Below, piece after piece: positions 18,697 through 28,416 of a DNA stretch of 64,000 nt. The position numbers were made by a program, and so were the translations under genes. This DNA is from Fidelibacterota bacterium (GTDB lineage: Bacteria > Fidelibacterota > Marinisomatia > Marinisomatales > JACNKV01): contig JACNKV010000084.1 of the NCBI GenBank assembly GCA_014381855.1, positions 22,341 through 86,340 on the forward strand, read 5' to 3'. The first letter of the stretch is position 1, and each line of letters starts with the position of its first letter. Below the pieces are notes generated by a model. That model was given only the letters and a program-made list of their open reading frames with translations, was not told where the DNA came from and searched no databases.

Positions 18697-20030
18697 CGCA
18701 CACCTAAGATTTCTTTCTCGTATAGATCTCGCTGCAAGACAGCAAATTCACCCGGGTCGTTTTCAAATGGGATTGCTCCTCTCCCTGCACCGCCATGGAT
18801 AACCTCGACCTTTTTACCTTTATTATTCCGTAATTCATTTACAAGAAATAGCTGTTCACCATCAGGAGTGTAGATTGTAATCCTAGTATTTAGTTCAAGA
18901 CGATTTTTTATATCGAACCACAGTAAACCGGTTTCTTTATCCCACTTACATTCCATTCCAACCGGTTTTTTATAACGCTCTCGGGATCGGCTGTCAGTGT
19001 AATTTTGGCCAAATTCCTGAGGATTACGTGTATAATATCCCGTAGTATATTCGCGATTTGACAATGCCATTAAGTCCTTCAAAATAGAGCTGTCAAATGG
19101 TTTATTTTTCGCCAAAACGTCCAATGCTTTACGATAAGCCCGAGCGGACATTGCCGCATAATACTCTGATTTCGTCCGGCCTTCGATTTTTACACTCATC
19201 ACTCCGGCATTCCGAATGTCTTCGAGTAGCTCCACCGCACATAGGTCTTTTGCGTTGAACATATAGGTTCCGCTCTCATCTTCTTCCACTGGATAGTGCT
19301 GCCCTGTTCGCTCGTTCTCTTCTAAATAATAACCACTCGGAGAAACATACTTTTTCTTATCTGAACCGGATATTTGGTGTTTTTCTTGTTCTAATAATGA
19401 CGGTGTTTCTTGACCAAATTTATAATCCCAGCGACAGGAGTTTGTACATGTCCCCTGGTTTGCATCTCGGTGATTCATATAGTTGGAAATTAAGCAGCGA
19501 CCTGAGTAAGCAATGCAAATCGCTCCATGCACGAATGATTCAAGGTCAATATCCGGAACGTTGCGATGAATCTCCTCAATCTCCTTTAACCGAAGTTCTC
19601 TCGGTAAAATGATACGCTGAACTCCGAGATCCTGCCAAAATTCCACGGTAGTCCAATTGGTTGCATTCGCTTGAGTAGAGAGATGCACAGGAATATCCGG
19701 AATACGTTTCAATGCTTGATTAATCAGACCGGGATCTGCCATAATCAACCCATCCGGTTCCCACTCTACAATTTTTTCAAGTTCACGGATGAACCCATCC
19801 ACCTTCATATTATGAGCAAAAATATTTAGCGTAAGATACACTTTTTTTCCGCGTTCATGTGCATACGTAATTCCCTCTATCAGTGAGGTTTCACGAAAGT
19901 CATTTTCCCGTGTTCTGAGAGAATATTTTGGGATTCCGGCATAAACAGCATCTGCGCCATAAGCAATGGCATATTTTAGTTTTGCAAGTCCTCCTGCCGG
20001 AGCAAGAAGCTCAGGGACAATACCTTTCAC
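18684..20030 (-). CDS. peptidase U32 family protein (YegQ/TrhP-like size class)
   Basis: 448 aa. N-terminal ELLAPAGGLAKLKYAIAYGADAVYAG and a Cys-rich block (CIAYSGRC, CTNSCRW) are typical of U32 proteins. C-terminal beta-rich domain. Confidence 0.8.
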   Translation of the reverse strand: MKGIVPELLAPAGGLAKLKYAIAYGADAVYAGIPKYSLRTRENDFRETSLIEGITYAHERGKKVYLTLNIFAHNMKVDGFIRELEKIVEWEPDGLIMADPGLINQALKRIPDIPVHLSTQANATNWTTVEFWQDLGVQRIILPRELRLKEIEEIHRNVPDIDLESFVHGAICIAYSGRCLISNYMNHRDANQGTCTNSCRWDYKFGQETPSLLEQEKHQISGSDKKKYVSPSGYYLEENERTGQHYPVEEDESGTYMFNAKDLCAVELLEDIRNAGVMSVKIEGRTKSEYYAAMSARAYRKALDVLAKNKPFDSSILKDLMALSNREYTTGYYTRNPQEFGQNYTDSRSRERYKKPVGMECKWDKETGLLWFDIKNRLELNTRITIYTPDGEQLFLVNELRNNKGKKVEVIHGGAGRGAIPFENDPGEFAVLQRDLYEKEILGVRVNE

Positions 20031-20032
20031 AC

Positions 20033-20479
20033 CTATTTCGGTAACGGATGTAAGAATTTTCTCTGTGCTTTCAGCAAAAGTAAGTCTGCTTTTTTCTGCT
20101 CGTCATCCTGAGAAAGAGAAACTATTCTGAGAGCTTCGATTAACGAAATATTGGAATTGTCATATCCTGCGTATAATGCATCCATGTGACGGGTGATGAG
20201 CACAAGATCATAACCAACATTTTGGCTTAAGTGTTCATCAACAATTTCATAAAACCGTTCAATATAGTAAGGTTCAACCCATCCCGGCTGTTGGTTGTAT
20301 TGCTTCTTGACTTCACGCAAATGATGAGCCTTCATCGATGAGATCGCTCCATACGCTCCGTTGACAAATGCAATTTTGTCTGACTGATCCAAACTATTCC
20401 AATAATCCGCCGGTGTTGTTTTCGCGATAGAAACTTGGCACATAAGCAAAAACAAAATGGCTAACAATTTAAGTTTCAT
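20033..20479 (-). CDS. secreted hypothetical protein
   Basis: 148 aa with signal peptide MKLKLLAILFLLMCQVSIA. Tightly packed between nadE (11-nt overlap) and the U32 gene (2-nt gap). No motif recognised. Confidence 0.5.
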   Translation of the reverse strand: MKLKLLAILFLLMCQVSIAKTTPADYWNSLDQSDKIAFVNGAYGAISSMKAHHLREVKKQYNQQPGWVEPYYIERFYEIVDEHLSQNVGYDLVLITRHMDALYAGYDNSNISLIEALRIVSLSQDDEQKKADLLLLKAQRKFLHPLPK

Positions 20480-22109
20480 CCTTTACCTCCGAAAGTGTTT
20501 TATTTCCTGTATAATGATTGACCATCGGGATTCGTCTCCCTGTGCCAAACGCCTTGCCACTCACTCGCAATCCGGGTGCTGCTTGGCGTCGTTTATACTC
20601 ATTTATCCGAATTCGCTGATAAAGATCATAAACCAAGTCAGGGTCGGCTCCATCAGAAATTAGCTGATCTATTCCCGTGTGATCTTCAACAAGTGCATCT
20701 ACGATTGGGCTGACAATTTCATAGTCAAAGGGGTCAACTTGACCCGGTTTAAGCTCAGCAGACGGCGGTTTATTTATACTGTTTTCAGGGATACGATCAT
20801 ACCCCGCTGATTTATTTACCCATTGTGAAATCGCATAAACGTCAGTTTTTGACAAATCAGAGATAACAGACAATCCACCGCTCATATCTCCATATAGCGT
20901 GCAATAGCCAAGTGCTAATTCTGTTTTATTGCCGGTGGATAATACCATCCAGCCAAATTTATTCGATAACGCCATCAATAGATTTCCGCGCGACCGAGCT
21001 TGGATGTTCTCTTCAGCAATCCCGGATTCTGTTCCTGTAAAAAGTTTGTGCAATGTCTCATCAAATGTTGTAACAATATCTTCAATTGGGATGGTGTGAT
21101 AATCTATGCCAAGGTGTTTTGCGAGTGTATAAGCATCATTGGTACTGTGATTGCTGGAATATTTGGAAGGCATAGACACGCCATGCACATGATCGGCTCC
21201 CAAAGCATCGGTGGCAATACAGGCAACGAGAGCAGAATCAATTCCGCCGCTGAGACCCAATACTGCATCGGAATGCCCGGTTTTATGGAAATAATCGCTC
21301 ACGCCCAAACAAAGAGCGCGATACATTTTTTCTTCACGACATTTTTTTGGAATATTTTTTGTCTCCACAGATGATGTATCTACAATCAATATATTCTCTT
21401 CAAATGCTTTTCCAAGGGCAACGATTTTCCCGTCTGCATTCATCGCAATGGATTCACCATCAAAAATCAGTTCATCTTGTCCCCCTACCAAATTGCAGTA
21501 ATAAAACGGAAGGTTTGTCACGGCATTTTTTTCTCGCAGTAAGGTAAGTCGCTCCTCTAATCTTCCCTCATGATAAGGCGATGCAGAAATATTTATCACC
21601 ATTTCCGCGCCGCCGTCCGCCAGCAGTTGGGACACGTTTACATCATAATCTTTATCCCAAAGGTCTTCACAAATCTGTATACCAACTTTTTTGGTTTCAG
21701 AACCTATCTTTACTGGCCATATCCCGGGTTCCTTTCCATGAGTAAAATAGCGATCTTCATCAAATACATCATAGGTTGGTAATAATATTTTATCATAAAC
21801 ATGCTCTATGTGACCGTTGCTACACAATACAGCACTATTATAAATCTTATTTCCATCACGGCGTACACCACCTAAAATAATGGGAATCGTTGATGTATTA
21901 GCGACGGCTTCCAACACAGACCAATTTCTGGTGATAAATCCGGGTTCCCATAATAAATCCTGAGGAGGATATCCGATGGTTGTCAACTCCGGAAAGACAA
22001 CTAATTCTGCTCCTTGTTTGATCGCTTTCTCATAATAATCAAATATCTTCTTCTGATTATTTTCAAAATCTCCACCCGTCGTGTTGATTTGGCAAAGAGC
22101 AATCTTCAT
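20469..22109 (-). CDS. nadE: glutamine-dependent NAD+ synthetase
   Basis: N-terminal CN-hydrolase domain (MKIALCQINTT, FPELTTIGYPPQD, ICEDLW) and C-terminal NAD synthetase with GLSGGIDSALVA. I prefer ATG 22109 over the track start at 22136. Confidence 0.92.
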   Translation of the reverse strand: MKIALCQINTTGGDFENNQKKIFDYYEKAIKQGAELVVFPELTTIGYPPQDLLWEPGFITRNWSVLEAVANTSTIPIILGGVRRDGNKIYNSAVLCSNGHIEHVYDKILLPTYDVFDEDRYFTHGKEPGIWPVKIGSETKKVGIQICEDLWDKDYDVNVSQLLADGGAEMVINISASPYHEGRLEERLTLLREKNAVTNLPFYYCNLVGGQDELIFDGESIAMNADGKIVALGKAFEENILIVDTSSVETKNIPKKCREEKMYRALCLGVSDYFHKTGHSDAVLGLSGGIDSALVACIATDALGADHVHGVSMPSKYSSNHSTNDAYTLAKHLGIDYHTIPIEDIVTTFDETLHKLFTGTESGIAEENIQARSRGNLLMALSNKFGWMVLSTGNKTELALGYCTLYGDMSGGLSVISDLSKTDVYAISQWVNKSAGYDRIPENSINKPPSAELKPGQVDPFDYEIVSPIVDALVEDHTGIDQLISDGADPDLVYDLYQRIRINEYKRRQAAPGLRVSGKAFGTGRRIPMVNHYTGNKTLSEVKDET

Positions 22110-22252
22110 GACTAAGTCTATTCCAAAAACCGCCACTTAAGGCTAATTTTCGCTAATGACGAAATACTATCTCCACAGATATAATTACTTATGATTTTCA
22201 GATTGTGTTTATTTTTACTTTTTTGGAATAAACTCATGATTGAAACATTCGG

Positions 22253-22531
22253 CTAATATTGAATGTAAAATCCTTTTTCAAGATGATCGGGTTTTTCCCA
22301 TTTTACTGACACATCATCCACTTGGGACAATTCAGGTCCTACAGTGAGATAGTGAATCAATTTTCCAATCTGAGGTCTGCTGCCTGTCACCTCAGTATAA
22401 ACGGTTCCATCCGATTGATTCTTTACCCATCCATTCAGCTTTAATTCTCTGGCAATATTACGTGTAAACGCTCGAAACCACACGCCATGGACTCGTCCTT
22501 TTACAGTGATTTTTGCCAACATTTGTTTCAT
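22253..22531 (-). CDS. acyP: acylphosphatase
   Basis: 92 aa with VKGRVHGVWFRAFT (V.G.VQGV.FR motif) and GWVKNQSDGTV. Confidence 0.85.
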   Translation of the reverse strand: MKQMLAKITVKGRVHGVWFRAFTRNIARELKLNGWVKNQSDGTVYTEVTGSRPQIGKLIHYLTVGPELSQVDDVSVKWEKPDHLEKGFYIQY

Positions 22532-22537
22532 TTTTGT

Positions 22538-22993
22538 CTATTTAGTAAGAAGTGTTTTAACTTTTGTAATTACATCCAATGGTGATTCGGCGACTGTGAT
22601 TTCATCCATGGGCCATGTTTTAAAACCAACAACTGGTTTTTCAGTTTGAAGGGCATAAGCAATTTCACTCAAAGTTCCGTAATGTCCGGAGACCGCCACA
22701 GCAACATCACAATTATATGCTAATAAGGCATTTCTAGCTAGTCCTATTCCAGTGGCAACAGGTATTGTTATATACCCATTTCCCTCTTTTGGATCCGTTC
22801 CTTTAAGGATTCCAATGCATGTCCCGTTTTTTTCTTTCACGCCTTTGGCAATAGCTTCCATCACTCCCTTCGCTCCTCCACAAAACACCAGCCAATTTTC
22901 ATTTGCCATCAACCGACCGAGTTCCACCGTTTCAGCATATATTTCATCAGAGATATCTCGTCCGCCAAACACAGAGATTTTGGCTTTAAACAT
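22538..22993 (-). CDS. TIGR00725-like / LOG-type Rossmann-fold protein
   Basis: 151 aa. VFCGGAKGVMEAIAKG, PVATGIGLARNALL and the C-terminal layout resemble the LOG (lysine-decarboxylase-like) superfamily. 5-nt gap after the asnS stop. Confidence 0.6.
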   Translation of the reverse strand: MFKAKISVFGGRDISDEIYAETVELGRLMANENWLVFCGGAKGVMEAIAKGVKEKNGTCIGILKGTDPKEGNGYITIPVATGIGLARNALLAYNCDVAVAVSGHYGTLSEIAYALQTEKPVVGFKTWPMDEITVAESPLDVITKVKTLLTK

Positions 22994-22998
22994 TTTAC

Positions 22999-24291
22999 TT
23001 AGGGCTCCAATCGAGTAATGGTTCTTGGGAAGGGGATGGTTTCACGAACATGCTTTGTTCCACTTATCCATGCGACGGTACGTTCAATACCCAATCCAAA
23101 ACCGGCGTGAGGCACCGATCCGTATTTTCTAAGATCTAAATACCACTCGAACGGCTTCATCGGAAGGTCATGGTGCAGAATTCGACTCACCAGCACTTCT
23201 AGGTCATCTTCTCGTTGTCCGCCTCCGACAATTTCGCCATACCCTTCGGGTGCAATCATGTCTACACCCAACGCCAAAGCATCATTTTCCGGGTCACGTT
23301 TCATATAAAATGGCTTCACATCTGCCGGCCAGCGATGACCCATCCCCGGGCGGTTGAATTGCTCAGAGATAACGGTTTCATCCTTTCCTCAAAAGTCACC
23401 GCCATATTGAAAATCAACACCATTTTTCCTTAAAATATCAACGGCATCGTCATAGGTAATTCTTGGAAAAGGTGGAATAACTTTCTCTAATGTTGACGTA
23501 TCACGTTCCAATGTTTCTAATTCTGTTTTGCAATGTTCAAGACACCATTTGACAACGTATGATACATATTTTTCCGCCCAATCCATATCTTGGTCTAAAT
23601 TACAATACGCCATTTCGGGTTCAATCATCCAAAATTCGGTAAGATGACGACGTGTTTTCGATTTTTCTGCCCTGAAAGTAGGTCCGAAACAATAGACTTT
23701 TCCAAACGCCATCGCCCCAGCTTCCTGATACAATTGTCCGCTCTGAGTCAAAAAGGCTGAACGATCAAAATACCCAAGTTCGAAGAGGTCCGTCGTCCCT
23801 TCAACAGCATTTGCCGTGAGAATCGGTGAGTCCACCAACGTAAATCCATGTTGATCAAAAAAGTCTCTACTTGCTTTCACAACTTGATGACGAATCCGTA
23901 TAATCGCATGTTGTTTTTTTGATCTTAACCAGAGGTGTCTGTGGTTCATTAGAAAATCGGTTCCATGCTCCTTAGGAGAGATTGGATATTCCTTTGCAAT
24001 TTGATGAACACGAATGGATGTTACTCCCAACTCATATCCGCCGGGGGCTCTTGGTTCTTTTCGTACGATTCCGAATACGGTAACCGAGGATTCTTGCGTC
24101 AAGCTGCTTTCCAATTGGAACACATCCGGTTCAACTTCCTTTTTAACAACGACACATTGTAAAAGTCCTGTACCGTCACGGAGAATCATAAACCAAATTT
24201 TTCCAATGGATCGCAGATTGTAGACCCATCCGTTAAGAGAGACTTCCTTATTTTCGACCTTATAAAGATCTTTGATATTAACTGATGTCAT
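22999..24291 (-). pseudogene. asnS: asparagine--tRNA ligase interrupted by one in-frame TGA at 23391..23389
   Basis: Track ORFs 23389..24291 and 22999..23343 are in the same frame (948 nt apart). The read-through translation is colinear: ...[47 protein letters not shown]...[27 protein letters not shown]. It has an OB-fold N-domain and the class IIb core. Confidence 0.8.
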
Positions 24292-24384
24292 AAATGCTTC
24301 CTAGTTTACGTCACAATGGGCAAAAGGTTAGCTATGCTGAATAAAAATCTATGCATGCGAATCAAATCAATTCCACTACTGTTT

Positions 24385-24427
24385 TCAAATAAAATGCCCT
24401 CATTCCTATTACCGGCATGAGGGCATT
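24385..24427 (-). terminator. rho-independent terminator after rplS
   Basis: On the minus-strand RNA, a 10-11 bp stem AAUGCCCUCAU / AUGAGGGCAUU (24394-24403 pairs with 24417-24426) is followed by UUUAUUU, about 20 nt past the rplS stop. Confidence 0.8.
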
Positions 24428-24446
24428 AGTGTATGAATCATATTTA

Positions 24447-24788
24447 CTACCGTTTTTCAGTAATACGCGCAGCTTTACCGGTCAGTTTGCGAAGATAATT
24501 CAGTTTAGCTCTGCGTACTTTTCCGCGTCGCACCACTGACAAGGAGGAAATCATGGGTGTATGTAGTGGAAAAATTCTTTCCACACCTACTCCGCCTGAG
24601 ATTTTTCTCACCGTGAAGGTTTCTCCAACACCACTTCCTTTTCGTCCTATTACAACCCCTTGATACTGCTGGATTCTTTCTTTTCCACCTTCAACAACAC
24701 GAAAATCTATCATGACAGTGTCTCCGGGGGAAAATTCCGGGATATCTGTGCGTAAATACTCTTTTGTTGCTTCTTGTAATTTATTCAT
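24447..24788 (-). CDS. rplS: 50S ribosomal protein L19
   Basis: 113 aa with [29 protein letters not shown]. Last gene of the trmD operon. Confidence 0.95.
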   Translation of the reverse strand: MNKLQEATKEYLRTDIPEFSPGDTVMIDFRVVEGGKERIQQYQGVVIGRKGSGVGETFTVRKISGGVGVERIFPLHTPMISSLSVVRRGKVRRAKLNYLRKLTGKAARITEKR

Positions 24789-25509
24789 TTTCTTTCTCCG
24801 AAGTTTTCTCTTTTTTTAAATATTCTTTCCACATAATAGGACGGTGTATTTTTGTCCGTTCTATTCTATGCTTCATACGCCATTCTTCAATTTTTTTATG
24901 ATGACCTTCCAGTAGTACATCCGGAACGGACATCCCTTCGATTTCTCTCGGTCTCGTGTAATGCGGCCCATCCAAAAGATCAGCCGCAAATGAATCTGTC
25001 ATAGCAGATTCGTATGTATTCAACACACCGGGGATCAATCTTACGATACTGTCTATCATCAAAAGTGCGGGTAATTCCCCGCTTGTAACCACAAAATCAC
25101 CTATGGAATATTCATGAGTCACATACTTCTTAATCACTCTTTCATCCACACCTTTGTAATGACCACAAATGTAAATGAGCTTTTCAACCTCCGCATTTTC
25201 TAATGCGGTTTCATGCGTCCATTGTTCACCTAACGGTGTCGGATAGACAACCCTAATACCGCTATCATCACCCATCTTTTGGATTGAATAATCCAATGCT
25301 TTAAACAGCGGTTCCGGCATCATGACCATTCCGCTACCACCCCCAAAGGGTTCATCGTCCACCTGTCGATAGTTCCCCTCGGAATAATCCCTGAGTGAAA
25401 CCACATGAAATTCAACGATTGATTTATCAACCGCCCGTCTAAGCATGCTATTTTGAATCAGACTTGTGATGCTCTCAGGGACGGGTGTAATAATGGCGAT
25501 CTGCTTCAA
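24781..25509 (-). CDS. trmD: tRNA (guanine37-N1)-methyltransferase
   Basis: 242 aa with [30 protein letters not shown] and [20 protein letters not shown]. Confidence 0.95.
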   Translation of the reverse strand: MKQIAIITPVPESITSLIQNSMLRRAVDKSIVEFHVVSLRDYSEGNYRQVDDEPFGGGSGMVMMPEPLFKALDYSIQKMGDDSGIRVVYPTPLGEQWTHETALENAEVEKLIYICGHYKGVDERVIKKYVTHEYSIGDFVVTSGELPALLMIDSIVRLIPGVLNTYESAMTDSFAADLLDGPHYTRPREIEGMSVPDVLLEGHHKKIEEWRMKHRIERTKIHRPIMWKEYLKKEKTSEKENE

Positions 25510-26006
25510 CCAAGCAAACCGTCCACCGGAGAGATGAGAATCACACCTGACTCGACATCTACCTTCTTCACAATTTCCGGGATAACGGGGATTAACATTT
25601 CACGACTCCCATCGCGAATTACGTAGATATCGTTTGAAGGTAGCCATAATATTTCCGCCAGCTCACCCACAATTTTTCCCGTATCGGTTACCACAACAAA
25701 TCCAATAATGTCTCCGGAAATCCAGAGTATCTTATCAGAATCCGGCACAGATGCAAAAATCACCTGGCCAATCATGGACTCTGCTTCATCCCTGCTGTCT
25801 ATTCCCTCGAAGTGATACCGTGTTTGTTTGCCTGCACCCACAGACTCTTTTAACAGTATTTGTCGACTCAATTCTTCTGTTTCTCCAAGAAACAGAGGTT
25901 TATTAAGGACATAATCATTAAAGTACCGGGAGAGCGGACGAACTTTAACTTCACCTTTTAATCCCGCCGGTTTTGTAATCCGTGCAATAGCAAACAGTTT
26001 TTTCAT
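25506..26006 (-). CDS. rimM: 16S rRNA processing protein RimM
   Basis: 166 aa with ITKPAGLKGEVKV and a PRC-barrel C-terminus. Sits between the KH protein gene and trmD. Confidence 0.88.
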   Translation of the reverse strand: MKKLFAIARITKPAGLKGEVKVRPLSRYFNDYVLNKPLFLGETEELSRQILLKESVGAGKQTRYHFEGIDSRDEAESMIGQVIFASVPDSDKILWISGDIIGFVVVTDTGKIVGELAEILWLPSNDIYVIRDGSREMLIPVIPEIVKKVDVESGVILISPVDGLLG

Positions 26007-26266
26007 TTTTGATCAATCACATCAAGTCGGGCTCGTTTACCGCCCTGTTTAGCATTAATCGCAAAGACAAGCGATCTGAGAGCAGAGATATTCCGTCCCT
26101 TTTTCCCAATCACTTTTCCAAAATCACCATCACCTACAGTCAATTCATAGATAACCTGTTTCTCAGTCTCAACGATATTTACAGAAACTTCATCTGGCTT
26201 ATCCACCAGTTGCTTAATGACTGTTTCAATGAATTCCTGCATAGCATTTTCCTCCTTTGTCAGCAT
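26003..26266 (-). CDS. KH-domain RNA-binding protein (YlqC/UPF0109)
   Basis: 87 aa with GKVIGKKGRNISALRSLV (the GxxG KH motif). Canonical position after rpsP. Confidence 0.85.
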   Translation of the reverse strand: MLTKEENAMQEFIETVIKQLVDKPDEVSVNIVETEKQVIYELTVGDGDFGKVIGKKGRNISALRSLVFAINAKQGGKRARLDVIDQK

Positions 26267-26268
26267 TA

Positions 26269-26943
26269 CTACTCTTTGTCACCTTTTTTTTCAGCTTCTT
26301 CAGAATTTTCTTTTTCTGATTTTTCTGATTTTTTTTCATCTAAGGCTTTGTCGGTAACGTCTTTTTTCGAAGCAGATTCTTCTTTCGGTTTTTTTTCAGA
26401 GACAGGTTCTTCTTTAGTCTCGTCTTTTAATTCAGGTTTCTCTTCCGGCTTCTCACCCGTGGCAGGTTCTTCTGTTACCGCTTCAGGTTCTTCCGGTTTT
26501 TCACCCGAATCCTCCGCCAGTTCCGCTTTCGGTGCATCTGCATTTTTTTCCTCCGAAGTCTCTGCTTCCAGAGTAGCTTTCTTCTTTGGATCAGATTTCA
26601 GCTTCTTTTTCGCGTCTTCTTTATTCAAAGCCCATTTCTGCATTTCTTTTTCAATGTTTTTTTCGCTCATGCCCTGTCTCATAAGATGCCAGCGAAATGC
26701 TATACCTGCTCTTTTTAGCAGATGATGGGTAATATCACTGGTTTGAGCACCCTCACCCAACCAATACATGATTCTTTCCTCATTCAGCGAATAATTATTT
26801 TCTTTATCCGCGATAATCGGATCATACCAACCCAATTCCTCAATGGCTGCGCCATCTCTTCGTGTTCTTGTATCCATAACCACAAGACGATAAAAGGGTC
26901 TATTTCGTCTTCCAATTCTTTTTAGTCTGATTTTAGTCGCCAA
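26269..26943 (-). CDS. rpsP: 30S ribosomal protein S16 with a C-terminal K/E-rich extension of about 140 aa
   Basis: N-terminal MATKIRLKRIGRRNRPFYRLVVMDTRTRRDGAAIEELGWYDP is canonical S16. Residues from about 86 to 224 are low-complexity (EEKPELKDETKEEPVSEKKPKEE...). Confidence 0.92.
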   Translation of the reverse strand: MATKIRLKRIGRRNRPFYRLVVMDTRTRRDGAAIEELGWYDPIIADKENNYSLNEERIMYWLGEGAQTSDITHHLLKRAGIAFRWHLMRQGMSEKNIEKEMQKWALNKEDAKKKLKSDPKKKATLEAETSEEKNADAPKAELAEDSGEKPEEPEAVTEEPATGEKPEEKPELKDETKEEPVSEKKPKEESASKKDVTDKALDEKKSEKSEKENSEEAEKKGDKE

Positions 26944-26955
26944 TCTTATTCTCCT

Positions 26956-28302
26956 TTAATGTAATCCAATAAATTGACCTAAACCGCTGTGTTTACCCTG
27001 CAGCATAGGTGATTTCATTTTTCCCATTTTTTTCATCATTTTCTGCATATGCGAAAATTGCTTCAGCAGTTGATTGATTTCCTGAACCGAACGACCGCTA
27101 CCCTTAGCAATTCGATGTCGTCGGCTCCCATTGATGATGTGTGGCTCTGTTCGTTCTGCGGGTGTCATAGACTGGATAATCGCTTCCGTCCACACCATTT
27201 GCCGATCATCTATTTTAAGTCCTTTTAACATTTTTCTATTCATCCCGGGGATCATTCCCATCAATTGATCCAACGGACCCATATTTCTCAGCTGTCGCAA
27301 CTGCTTTTGAAAATCTTCTAAAGTAAATGTGTTTTCCTGCATTTTTTTCTGCAGGATTTTTGCTTCTTTCTCATCCATTGTGGTTTCCGCTTTTTCTACA
27401 AGCGTAACCACATCACCAAATCCAAAAATGCGGTCAACAATTCTCTTTGGATCAAAAGCGTCAAGACCATCCATTTTTTCTGACACACCAATAAATTTGA
27501 TAGGGACTCCGGTCACTTCCGTAATTGACACAGCCGCTCCACCTCGAGCATCTCCATCCATCTTAGTTAAAATCGTTCCGGTTAATTTTAAAGCTTTCGA
27601 AAATGCCAATGCAGACTGGACAGCATCCTGCCCCGTCATACCATCAACGACAAACAAAGTTTCGTCCGGAAGAGTTTCATCGGAGATGTTCTGGATTTCG
27701 GTCATCATTTCTCCATCCACATGTAACCGACCGGCGGTATCCATAATGACAACATCTACGTGTGTTTGACGCGCCTCTTGAAGAGCCTCCCGGCATATCT
27801 TAATCGGATCGATGGTTCCCAAAGAATACACAGGGATATCAATTTCATTACCTAAAACCGTTAATTGATCGATGGCAGCCGGGCGATAAACGTCAGCTGC
27901 AACAAGCATGACAGATTTACCCTGTTTTTTTAATCGATACGCCAACTTTGCACATGTTGTCGTTTTACCCGACCCTTGCAATCCTGCCATTAAAATAACC
28001 GTTGGTGGCAGATCAGAAATATTTAGTGTTTGAACATCCTTGCCAAGTAAATTGATGAGTTCCTGATAAATAATCTTAATAAAATGTTCACCGGGCTTTA
28101 CAGATTTAATAACCTTAGTTCCCTCGGCACGATCTTGTACACGTTTCATAAAATCGCGTGCGACATGGAAATTCACATCTGCATCAAGAAGCACCCTGCG
28201 GATTTCCCGCACGGTTTTATGGATGTTTGTATCCGTAATCTTTCCAAGTCCTCTGAGAGAACGAAAGATAGAATCAAATCTGTCTGTAAGTTGATTAAAC
28301 AC
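26956..28302 (-). CDS. ffh: signal recognition particle protein Ffh
   Basis: 448 aa with GLQGSGKTTT, DTAGR and TKMDGDARGG, plus a Met-rich C-terminal M domain. GTG start. Confidence 0.95.
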   Translation of the reverse strand: MFNQLTDRFDSIFRSLRGLGKITDTNIHKTVREIRRVLLDADVNFHVARDFMKRVQDRAEGTKVIKSVKPGEHFIKIIYQELINLLGKDVQTLNISDLPPTVILMAGLQGSGKTTTCAKLAYRLKKQGKSVMLVAADVYRPAAIDQLTVLGNEIDIPVYSLGTIDPIKICREALQEARQTHVDVVIMDTAGRLHVDGEMMTEIQNISDETLPDETLFVVDGMTGQDAVQSALAFSKALKLTGTILTKMDGDARGGAAVSITEVTGVPIKFIGVSEKMDGLDAFDPKRIVDRIFGFGDVVTLVEKAETTMDEKEAKILQKKMQENTFTLEDFQKQLRQLRNMGPLDQLMGMIPGMNRKMLKGLKIDDRQMVWTEAIIQSMTPAERTEPHIINGSRRHRIAKGSGRSVQEINQLLKQFSHMQKMMKKMGKMKSPMLQGKHSGLGQFIGLH

Positions 28303-28416
28303 GGTTTTTTGGTTCTAGTTTAGCATGGAAAGTTAGAAGTATATTTCTTCTCAAACAATTAAAATCGACGATAAATCGTTGAAAACGAATGCACAAACTA
28401 TATTCTTTCACGTGTG

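Noticed and set aside
23389-23391. The in-frame TGA in asnS as evidence for an alternative genetic code (TGA = Gly or Trp) or as a selenocysteine codon.
   Set aside because: TGA terminates several well-delimited genes here (rplX, lepA, the ABC ATPase and the permease), with start codons of the next gene overlapping it. No other gene in 64 kb has an internal TGA. I see no convincing SECIS-like hairpin 10-40 nt downstream, and Sec is not known in AsnRS.
26009-26725. A 238-aa + strand ORF, and all other + strand ORFs in the track (for example 3435..3857, 5096..5557, 43160..43708, 53232..53846).
   Set aside because: Each lies fully antisense to a strongly supported minus-strand gene. This one mirrors the low-complexity S16 tail. 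Their translations are low-complexity or Ser/Phe/Ile-rich with no recognisable motifs, so they are shadow ORFs.
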